Made by a program: the position numbers and the translations under genes. From Candidatus Aenigmatarchaeota archaeon (lineage in GTDB: Archaea > Aenigmatarchaeota > Aenigmatarchaeia > CG10238-14), in assembly GCA_030018415.1 (NCBI GenBank), contig JASEGC010000001.1, positions 129,971-193,970 of the forward strand: a stretch of DNA of 64,000 bases. Reading direction: 5' to 3'. The notes under the pieces are model-generated. The model saw nothing but the letters and a program-made list of their open reading frames with translations. It did no database searches and had not been told where the DNA came from. Below, in pieces: positions 16,011 to 23,677 of the stretch (positions are counted from its first letter, which is position 1; every line of letters starts with the position of its first letter).

Positions 16011-16724
16011 GGGATGAAAACTGAAGAAAAAATGATCATAAAAGGAAGAAGATTGGACGGAAGGGAACCAGATGAATTGAGAGAGATAGAGATGAAAGTA
16101 GGAGTCATCCCAAACGCCAATGGTTCTGCTCAAGTAAGTTTTGGTAATACTGTTGCCATAGCAGGAGTTTATGGACCAAGGTTACTCCATCCCAAGCATC
16201 TACAAAGAGCTGATACTGCTATCTTGCAATGCAGGTATAACATGGCACCATTTTCAGTCGATGAAAGAGCATCTCCAGGGCCTTCAAGAAGGTCTATCGA
16301 AATATCTAAAGTGACGAGATTAGCATTAGAACCAGCCCTATTCCTCGAGGAATATCCTGAAACTGTCGTGGATGTTTACATCGAAATCCTACAAGCAGAT
16401 GGTTCGACGAGAGTTACTGGGATAAACGCTGCTTCCCTGGCTTTGGCAGATGCCGGTGTTCCTATGAGGGATTTAGTCGTTGCTTTGTCTGGAGGGAAGA
16501 TCGATGAAACACCTATAATCGACCTGAACGGAAAAGAAGATAATTATTCTGTGGCGGATATACCGTTCGCTTTCATGCCAAGAAAGAAAGAGATTACACT
16601 CTTGCAGATGGATGGACTATTAACTCCAGATGAGATTAAAAGTATTTTTAAGAACTTGTTAAAGGCTGGCCAAACAATCTATGAAATGCAGAAACAGGCT
16701 CTGAGAAAAAAATACGAGGAATGA
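16008..16724 (+). CDS. rrp41: Exosome complex exonuclease Rrp41 (RNase PH-like)
   Basis: RLDGREPDELREI...GSAQVSFGNT...GSTRVTGINAASLALADAGVPM RNase PH motifs. Confidence 0.9.
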   Translation: MGMKTEEKMIIKGRRLDGREPDELREIEMKVGVIPNANGSAQVSFGNTVAIAGVYGPRLLHPKHLQRADTAILQCRYNMAPFSVDERASPGPSRRSIEISKVTRLALEPALFLEEYPETVVDVYIEILQADGSTRVTGINAASLALADAGVPMRDLVVALSGGKIDETPIIDLNGKEDNYSVADIPFAFMPRKKEITLLQMDGLLTPDEIKSIFKNLLKAGQTIYEMQKQALRKKYEE

Positions 16725-16728
16725 TTGA

Positions 16729-17487
16729 ATGCGACCTGATTACATACTGAAGTTGTTAGAGAATGAAGAAAGGATGGATGGTAGAAGGATGGATGAATTC
16801 AGGAAGATAAAAGTAGAAACTCAAAACATAAAAAAAGCTGAGGGTTCTGCTAGAGTTAAGATGGGGAACACTGATGTGATAGTCGGGGTGAAGATGGAGA
16901 TCGGAACACCTTTTCTAGACACACCAAACATGGGTATCCTGAAGACTGGAGCTGAATTCACTCCGATAGCTTCTCCTGATTTTGAATCCGGACCACCTGG
17001 GGAAGATGCGACAGAACTCGCTAGAGTGATAGATAGAGGAATCAGAGAGTCAGAGAGTATAGACTTAGAAAAATTGTGTTTGAATGAAGGAGAAAAAGTG
17101 TGGAAAGTTTTCGTCGATGCTTACATAATCAATCATGATGGCAACTTGACAGATGCCTCTGCTCTGGCTGCAATAGCTGCTCTTAAAGTCGCAAAAATCC
17201 CGAAGTTAGAAGATGATAAAATTATTAGAGATGTGTTTGAGAAAGATTTACCTTTACTACACACTCCGATCACTGTGACGATAGGCAAAGTGGCAGATAA
17301 ATTCATAATAGATCCAAACAGAGAGGAAGAAGAAGTATTGGACGCGAAACTGACTGTAGCTGTGAGAGAAGATGGAATGGTATGTGCCATGCAGAAAAGT
17401 GGCTCGCATGGGTTGACGACAGAGGACGTAGAAAAGATGATAGATTTAGCCATCAAAAAATCGAAAGAGTTGAGAAAACTTTTGTGA
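16729..17487 (+). CDS. rrp42: Exosome complex component Rrp42
   Basis: RMDGRRMDEFRKI...GSARVKMGNT and a second RNase PH-like domain; lies immediately after rrp41. Confidence 0.9.
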   Translation: MRPDYILKLLENEERMDGRRMDEFRKIKVETQNIKKAEGSARVKMGNTDVIVGVKMEIGTPFLDTPNMGILKTGAEFTPIASPDFESGPPGEDATELARVIDRGIRESESIDLEKLCLNEGEKVWKVFVDAYIINHDGNLTDASALAAIAALKVAKIPKLEDDKIIRDVFEKDLPLLHTPITVTIGKVADKFIIDPNREEEEVLDAKLTVAVREDGMVCAMQKSGSHGLTTEDVEKMIDLAIKKSKELRKLL

Positions 17488-17657
17488 CCGAAGTGGGGAG
17501 AAAAATACTGAGCAGGAAATTAAGGCAGATAAAGGCTGGAAAAATCAGGCTTGCTCCTAGATGGGTAGATATAAAGAAGTTTGGATTAAAAAGGGCTAGA
17601 AACAGGAGAGTATCTATAACTAGGAGAAGTTGGAAGAGGAAAAAACTAAGGTTATGA
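17484..17657 (+). CDS. rpl39e: Probable ribosomal protein L39e
   Basis: About 57 aa and very basic. KLRQIKAGKIRLAPRWV...RRSWKRKKLRL resembles the L39e pattern (K..R.P.WV...RR.WRR.KL). A GTG start overlaps the rrp42 stop. Confidence 0.5.
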   Translation: MTEVGRKILSRKLRQIKAGKIRLAPRWVDIKKFGLKRARNRRVSITRRSWKRKKLRL

Positions 17658-18101
17658 ACAAGAATCTGAGAAAGCCGATTTCTCGGCGTAGATTGAGACA
17701 GTTTCTCCGCACAATGCCGAAGCCCTCACAAAATTTAAAATCTCGCCAGATGGGAAACTACAGTTTATCTCGTACTTTTTAATAATTCCACCTGGAATAG
17801 TATCGGTTTGATTACTAACACAAGTTGTTTGATTTGTTGTCCTCATGTAAAAGGATGGGTTTGTCAAAGGCATTGAACCTATGTTGTGAATCATAACAGT
17901 CACATTAGTAGTATGATGACACAAGGCATCAACGATATCCATAACGACTCCGGAACAATTGACTTCTTTTCCAAATGTTCCGCCTACTGTCTCAGTACCG
18001 GTCTTACTAACAGATGCCAACCAAGTGCCAATAATAGTTGCTACACCCAGAGTAAATGCTATTAACAATACGCTTGCGATCAGGGGACTTATTCCTTTCA
18101 A
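17652..18101 (-). CDS. Archaeal type IV pilin/archaellin-like protein (class III signal peptide)
   Basis: MKGISPLIASVLLIAFTLGVATIIG is the classic archaeal pilin N-terminus (KG/xSP.IA.VLLI). Confidence 0.75.
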   Translation of the reverse strand: MKGISPLIASVLLIAFTLGVATIIGTWLASVSKTGTETVGGTFGKEVNCSGVVMDIVDALCHHTTNVTVMIHNIGSMPLTNPSFYMRTTNQTTCVSNQTDTIPGGIIKKYEINCSFPSGEILNFVRASALCGETVSIYAEKSAFSDSCS

Positions 18102-18192
18102 AACATCACTATCATAATATCTATCAGAAGGTATATAAAAACATCCAAATGAGATTTATAGATGGTTAAAACAAAATATTCTTAGTGGTGAG

Positions 18193-19530
18193 ATGTACTC
18201 TGAAAGAGTCCAGCACTTCCTGGATAAAAAAAGGATAAATGTTGGTGATGAAGTAAGGTTGATCAAAGACAAGAAAACTTATGAAGGTATCTTAATGCCT
18301 AGGATTGAGTTGGGCGACAAGGATTGTTTGGTATTAAAGTTGAGGAATGGCTACAACATAGGTATAAAATTTGAAAGAAATGTTAAGATCGAAAAATTGA
18401 AGGGACATAAGAAGCTTGAAAAATTTCCTGCGAGAAGGTTTGAACAAAAACCAAATCTACCGAAAGTATCGCTCCTAGCAACTGGTGGAACTATAGCTTC
18501 CAGGATAGATTACTTAACTGGTGGTGTAAAAATGGCGTTTAAACCGGAAGAATTCTTCTTTACTGTCCCTGAACTTGCTGATATAATCACTTTCAAAAAA
18601 ATAAGATTACTCTCAAGCCTTGCATCAGAAGATCTTTGGTACAAGAATTGGCAGCAGATGGCTGAAGAGGCTGCAAAAGAGTTGAATAGAGGTGCAAGAG
18701 GAATAATAATCACTCATGGAACAGATACGATGCATTTCTCTTCTGCTGCTTTAAGTTTCATGATGAAGAATCTGAACAAGCCAATAGTCTTCGCTGGAGC
18801 ACAGAGATCGTCCGATAGAGGAAGTTCTGACACAGTGATGAATCTAATATGCTCTGCTCATGTTGCTGGATATTCTGATTTTGCTGAAGTTGGGATATGC
18901 ATGCATGCTGAAAGTTCTGACACTTTCTGTTTTTTTACGAGAGGAACGAAAGTTCGAAAATGTCATACGAGTAGGAGAGATGCTTTCAGACCTATAAATG
19001 ATTTACCTCTAGCTAAAGTTTGGCCAGACGGAAAGATTGAGATAATGAATGAAAATTATAAAAAGGTTTCTGAAGGGAGGATTAAAGCAGATATTAAATT
19101 CGAACCGAAAGTAGCATTGCTGAAGGCTTATCCTGGCTCAGACCCTAAATTGATAGATCATCTTGTAAAGGATGGTATCAAAGGGATTGTGATAGAAGGA
19201 ACTGGCCTAGGTCATGTTCCAACATCCACTCCAGAACCAGAGCGGTCATGGGTCCCTCATGTAAAAAATGCGATCGATAGTAATGTACCAGTTGTTATTA
19301 CATCCCAATGTATTTGGGGGAGAGTTCATCCTTATGTTTACAGGAACCTTAGGATATTGGATTCTACGGGAGTTATTTGGGGTGAGGATATGATACCAGA
19401 AGTAGCCTATGTAAAACTTGGTTGGGTTATTGCTCATACTAAAAATTTGAAGAAGATTAAAGAGATGATGTTAACGAATTATGCAGGTGAAATTTCAAAG
19501 AGAAGCGATCCCAGAACATTTCTATATTAG
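18193..19530 (+). CDS. gatD: Glu-tRNA(Gln) amidotransferase subunit D
   Basis: Asparaginase-like core LATGGTIASR and HGTDTM, with the N-terminal GatD-specific domain. Confidence 0.9.
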   Translation: MYSERVQHFLDKKRINVGDEVRLIKDKKTYEGILMPRIELGDKDCLVLKLRNGYNIGIKFERNVKIEKLKGHKKLEKFPARRFEQKPNLPKVSLLATGGTIASRIDYLTGGVKMAFKPEEFFFTVPELADIITFKKIRLLSSLASEDLWYKNWQQMAEEAAKELNRGARGIIITHGTDTMHFSSAALSFMMKNLNKPIVFAGAQRSSDRGSSDTVMNLICSAHVAGYSDFAEVGICMHAESSDTFCFFTRGTKVRKCHTSRRDAFRPINDLPLAKVWPDGKIEIMNENYKKVSEGRIKADIKFEPKVALLKAYPGSDPKLIDHLVKDGIKGIVIEGTGLGHVPTSTPEPERSWVPHVKNAIDSNVPVVITSQCIWGRVHPYVYRNLRILDSTGVIWGEDMIPEVAYVKLGWVIAHTKNLKKIKEMMLTNYAGEISKRSDPRTFLY

Positions 19531-19538
19531 AGAGTGAA

Positions 19539-20987
19539 ATGATGATCGATTACAAAAAACTTAACCTTAAATGTGGGTTGGAGATTCATCAACAACTAGA
19601 TACTCGTAAACTTTTTTGTGATTGCAGTTCCGCGATGAAGAATGAACAAATTCTAACGATAAAAAGAAAACAACATGTTGTCGCGGGTGAACTGGGGGAA
19701 GTAGATTTTGCAGCTCAGTATGAATTCCTAAGGAATAGAACTTTTCATTACCAAATCTTCTCAGGAGAAGATTGTCTAGTGGAATGTGATGAAGAGCCTC
19801 CGCACCCAGTGAATCGAAAAGCATTGGAGATAGCTCTACAAATAGCTTTACTCTTCAACTGCACGATACCAGATGAAATCCATGTCATGAGAAAGACTTT
19901 GATAGACGGCTCAGCTATATCTGGTTTTCAAAGAACTACAATAGTTGGGCTTAATGGGTATTTGAAGTACAAGGACAAAAAGATCGAGATAAAGCATGTC
20001 AGTTTGGAAGAAGATGCTGCTGGTATTGTCGAAGAAAGTGCGGGAAACGTGACTTACAAGTTGAATAGGTTAGCGATTCCTCTAGTCGAGATTGGAACTG
20101 GCTTGTTGATTGGTCATACTCCTCAAGAAATTCAAGAGATAGCTTATCTGATCGGTATAGTCTGCCGATCTACTGGAAAAGTTAAGAGAGGGATAGGAAC
20201 GGTTAGACAAGATGTCAATGTGAGCATAAAAGGTGGAAAAAGAGTTGAGATAAAAGGTGTTCAAACTTTAGGTTTGTTATCTAAAGTAATTGAATTAGAA
20301 GTGAAAAGACAACTATCTCTACCAGAAGTGAAAGAAGAAACTAGGGCTGTAAACCCTGATGGAACTACTAGGTTCATAAGACCATTACCAGGAGCTGCTA
20401 GGCTTTATCCAGAGACGGATATTCCGCCTATCTCTATAGATAAGAAAACGATTGAAAGAATTAAAAAAAGATTGCCTGAACCGTGGACGAAGAAACTCAT
20501 CAGGTTTAAGAAACAATTGAAATTATCGGATGAGTTGTCTAAACAAATTCTAAGATCAGATTATCTGGATTTGTTCGAGAAAATCGTCAAAAAGTTTAAG
20601 GTTAGTCCGTCGGTAGTTGCGAATGTTTTTGTTTCCACGCTCAAAGATTTAAGAAAAAGAGGAGAAGCTCCTGTGGAGAATTTGACTGATGAAGACTTTG
20701 AAGAATTGTTTGGATTGCTTGAAAAAGGAAAAATCGTGAAAGAATCTATACTGGATATTCTATTGTACAAATCAAAAAATCTTGATATATCGATTAAAGA
20801 TTGCATCAAAAAATTAGAGTTGGAAACAATAACGGAAAAGGAACTGAGAGAAATCGTTAAAGATGTTATAAAAATGAACAGAGATAAACCAGTTGAAAAA
20901 ATAATCGGAATAGTCATGAGCAAGGTCAGGGGTAGAGTTAAGAGTGAAAATGTAGTAAAGGTCGTAAAGGAAGAATGCAATAAATGA
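19539..20987 (+). CDS. gatE: Glu-tRNA(Gln) amidotransferase subunit E (short form, 482 aa)
   Basis: LKCGLEIHQQL...LFCDC N-terminus, GatB/E catalytic core and a YqeY-like tail. Follows gatD directly. Confidence 0.8.
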   Translation: MMIDYKKLNLKCGLEIHQQLDTRKLFCDCSSAMKNEQILTIKRKQHVVAGELGEVDFAAQYEFLRNRTFHYQIFSGEDCLVECDEEPPHPVNRKALEIALQIALLFNCTIPDEIHVMRKTLIDGSAISGFQRTTIVGLNGYLKYKDKKIEIKHVSLEEDAAGIVEESAGNVTYKLNRLAIPLVEIGTGLLIGHTPQEIQEIAYLIGIVCRSTGKVKRGIGTVRQDVNVSIKGGKRVEIKGVQTLGLLSKVIELEVKRQLSLPEVKEETRAVNPDGTTRFIRPLPGAARLYPETDIPPISIDKKTIERIKKRLPEPWTKKLIRFKKQLKLSDELSKQILRSDYLDLFEKIVKKFKVSPSVVANVFVSTLKDLRKRGEAPVENLTDEDFEELFGLLEKGKIVKESILDILLYKSKNLDISIKDCIKKLELETITEKELREIVKDVIKMNRDKPVEKIIGIVMSKVRGRVKSENVVKVVKEECNK

Positions 20988-21265
20988 AGATATTTAAACT
21001 TGAATAGAATTAAAATTTGGTGATAAGAACGCAAAAAATTATGATCAAAACCATGCATGCTTTAGATGAAAAATCAATCAGGAACTTGATTTTGATAAGA
21101 AATCATTTGGATGAAGTCCTAGAAACCTTAGATGTAATGAGTAGTCCAAGAATTATTTATTATTTCATTTTGTAATAAAAAATATCCTAATAATCTAGTT
21201 TAAACAATTTTGAATTTTGAATAAGTTTATTAACTAGTTAAACAAAAAAACAAATAAGAGACTGT

Positions 21266-21814
21266 ATGAAAAAAATCCATAAAATTGTTTCACATACGTT
21301 ATTAATTCTAACTTTATCTGTTTTTTTGACATTATCTTTTGATTTTGTAACTGCTCAAGTTACTACTACTACTGTGCCTACTGGAGTACCAACAGTCTCT
21401 TTTCTTGATCCTAAGCTGATAGTATTCATCATTGCAGTCGTTGTGTCGATAATAACTGATGGGATAGCGATGGGTTTTCTAGCTGGCGGATTCCGTCTTT
21501 TAAGATCTATATTCTCAAGCATACCGTGGTCTTTTGTTAACGTCTACTGGTGGGATTTCATAGCTCCTATAGTAGCTGGTTATTCATTCTTGAATTTGAA
21601 GTTCTTTCAAGTAGGAAATCCTGCATGGGGTTATTGGGTTGGTAGCAATGTTATAATAGCTTTTCTTGGTAATTTAGTAATGGAACAAGCAGTCTTCAGG
21701 TTTGCTAGGGGGGCTGCAACTTCGCCTTGGAGCATGGATTTAGCCTTGGCAGGATTGGATGCTGTGTTGCCGATAATATTGTTTATGGTTTTACCAAGTT
21801 TTGGAATCGTTTAA
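21266..21814 (+). CDS. Multi-pass membrane protein with signal peptide
   Basis: N-terminal signal or anchor followed by a threonine run (VTTTTVPTGVPT) and then 4-5 hydrophobic helices. Confidence 0.4.
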   Translation: MKKIHKIVSHTLLILTLSVFLTLSFDFVTAQVTTTTVPTGVPTVSFLDPKLIVFIIAVVVSIITDGIAMGFLAGGFRLLRSIFSSIPWSFVNVYWWDFIAPIVAGYSFLNLKFFQVGNPAWGYWVGSNVIIAFLGNLVMEQAVFRFARGAATSPWSMDLALAGLDAVLPIILFMVLPSFGIV

Positions 21815-21817
21815 GAA

Positions 21818-22642
21818 TTATTTTTTCTCTTCGATGAACTTCGCTGTTTTACTAAGTAAAGCTTCTAAGTTAACAGTTTTAATGAATTGAACATTTCTTT
21901 TATAAATTTCAGAAAGTTTTGAAACATCGCTGTACATCGCACCAAATTCTTCTTCATATAGTTTCTCAAGTTTTGGAATCGTTTTTCTTCTTTCAGAACC
22001 AATAATAGCATCGAAAGAGTGAACAAGATCTAAGAACTCACGTTGTGCTCTTAAAAGGTCAGTTAAATTAAGTTTTGTGTATACATCCCTAAAATTTGTT
22101 TTAAAAAAATCAGGATTTCTGGCAGTTCCAATAAAGTTTTCGCACTGATTCAAGAATTTTGTTTGGGAATTCCAAAGTGAATTCAAATAACGCCTAAGTT
22201 TAGGCGTCATTACTCCGTATTTACCGAAAGTTGAATGCGATAAAATTTCATTCAATAATTTCGCACTGTCTTCTAGTTCTTTCTTTATTCCTTCACATCC
22301 GTTCCACCACTCTTCCGCTAATTTAGTAAGGCCTTCTTTTCTCTCTACTTCTTCTGTCGCTAAACGTATTTGGGTATTTAAATCAGATATGCATTTATTT
22401 ACATAATTTACCCATTCCGTCATTGCTTTAGCGTAGCCTCGATGTGTAATGTGTTTTCCAAAAAACCCAGTTTGGTATCTATTTAGGTTAGCGCGTAGCT
22501 CTTCTAGTGATTTTAAAGTTTCTTTACCTATGATAACAAGCTCATTAAGTTTTTCCAGTTTTGATACAAGTCCAGTTCTGCCTTCGTTAAAAGCATTATA
22601 AAAATTGTTCCAAGCCTCATCAAAGTCTTTTTCTATACCCAA
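21818..22642 (-). CDS. Hypothetical all-helical soluble protein
   Basis: 274-aa ORF with a coding-like composition. It is Trp- and Asn-rich and helical. No family recognised. Confidence 0.4.
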   Translation of the reverse strand: MGIEKDFDEAWNNFYNAFNEGRTGLVSKLEKLNELVIIGKETLKSLEELRANLNRYQTGFFGKHITHRGYAKAMTEWVNYVNKCISDLNTQIRLATEEVERKEGLTKLAEEWWNGCEGIKKELEDSAKLLNEILSHSTFGKYGVMTPKLRRYLNSLWNSQTKFLNQCENFIGTARNPDFFKTNFRDVYTKLNLTDLLRAQREFLDLVHSFDAIIGSERRKTIPKLEKLYEEEFGAMYSDVSKLSEIYKRNVQFIKTVNLEALLSKTAKFIEEKK

Positions 22643-22650
22643 ATTATCAC

Positions 22651-23319
22651 CTAAGCTATAAGGTTACGAATGCGGTTAGTATTGTTCTTAAGAATAATAA
22701 TCATATTGTTAATAGCCTGATTTACAGGAGCTGGTAAGCCTGGTGCTGCGCCCGGTCCCCCTAATGGTGTAGGTATTGCAGGTGGTGTAGGTGGTATTGT
22801 AGGTGGTATTGTAGGTGGTGTAGGTGCCCCACCCAAACCCAATCCTCTTAAAGTATAAAAAATAAGGGCAATCCCAACTATCGGAAGCACCCATGCCATT
22901 ATGATTAAAATCGGAGATAGGCTAGCAAACCATCCATATAGTGAATATGTAAACGGAAAGGGAAGTTGCATGAAAGCTATAGCAAAACAAAGTACAACTA
23001 AAGGTCTCTCTATATTTCTATAAGCGTAATAAACTCTTTGCTGAATGCCTACTATAGCTACGTTGAGTGCAAAGAATATCAGTGTAAAATAAATTAAAAA
23101 CGGGAAAACGAACAAACCTACCATTCTCCAAGGTTGATCTTCCGTTTTAAACGCTGCATCAGCAAAATCTTTCCACATTTTTATGTACGCTTCAGGAGAT
23201 GTTGGCCAAACCCCAGTAGAAGCACCCTGCCACAGGTAGAAGCCTGCAGCCATAATAATTGTTACGATCACTAAACCAAGAATAAGTCCCCAACCCTGCC
23301 CTTTTCTACCGAATCTCAT
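22651..23319 (-). CDS. Membrane protein with C-terminal Pro/Thr-rich repeat
   Basis: Five or six hydrophobic helices followed by PTPPTIPPTIPPTPPAIPTPLGGPGAAPGLPAP. Confidence 0.4.
   Translation of the reverse strand: MRFGRKGQGWGLILGLVIVTIIMAAGFYLWQGASTGVWPTSPEAYIKMWKDFADAAFKTEDQPWRMVGLFVFPFLIYFTLIFFALNVAIVGIQQRVYYAYRNIERPLVVLCFAIAFMQLPFPFTYSLYGWFASLSPILIIMAWVLPIVGIALIFYTLRGLGLGGAPTPPTIPPTIPPTPPAIPTPLGGPGAAPGLPAPVNQAINNMIIILKNNTNRIRNLIA
22766..22826. repeat. Imperfect 12-nt tandem repeat (AGGTGGTATTGT-like) encoding the Pro/Thr linker
   Basis: AGGTGGTATTGT at 22789-22800 is repeated at 22801-22812 and flanked by degenerate copies. Confidence 0.6.
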
Positions 23320-23420
23320 CTCATCACAAAAGCTTCTATAAATTACTTGTCAAAAGTAAATTTAAATCTTCTCATCTCCCTTTAAAAGGGAGGAAAGAGA
23401 AAATATTAAAGGGAATAAAA

Positions 23421-23672
23421 ATGGAAAAAGAACAGATCGTAGTCTTGCTCTACACGATACTTGGATGTATAGTTGGTTACTTTTCCGTCTATGTAACAAA
23501 CTCTCTTTTACTCTTCGGTTTAGTCCTGGGCATATACTTCATCACCGTTATTCCTCTATCGAAGAAGATAACTGTAAATAAGCTCATGAAATGGCTTTTA
23601 TCTAACACTTTTTTAGTTTACATCCTCGTATGGTTAATGGTTTATATTTTACTGAGTAACACAATCGTGTGA
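23421..23672 (+). CDS. Small 3-TM membrane protein
   Basis: 83 aa, hydrophobic. Its stop overlaps the start region of smc. Confidence 0.35.
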   Translation: MEKEQIVVLLYTILGCIVGYFSVYVTNSLLLFGLVLGIYFITVIPLSKKITVNKLMKWLLSNTFLVYILVWLMVYILLSNTIV

Positions 23673-23677
23673 ATTAC

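Noticed and set aside
20561-21058. 165-aa minus-strand ORF overlapping the gatE 3' end
   Set aside because: It is antisense to a well-supported gene, and its low-complexity Ser/Phe/Leu-rich translation is typical of shadow ORFs in AT-rich DNA. The same reasoning applies to the antisense ORFs inside mcm (4300-5443), smc (24997-27781), ppsA (28919-31265), the acetyl-CoA synthetase gene (46550-48173) and others in the track.
21041-21175. 44-aa ORF MIKTMHALDEKSIRNLILIRNHLDEVLETLDVMSSPRIIYYFIL as an antitoxin remnant
   Set aside because: It has only a vague resemblance to the ...ETLEILSDPE tails of Phd/YefM-like antitoxins. There is no adjacent toxin, and it is too short to support a call.
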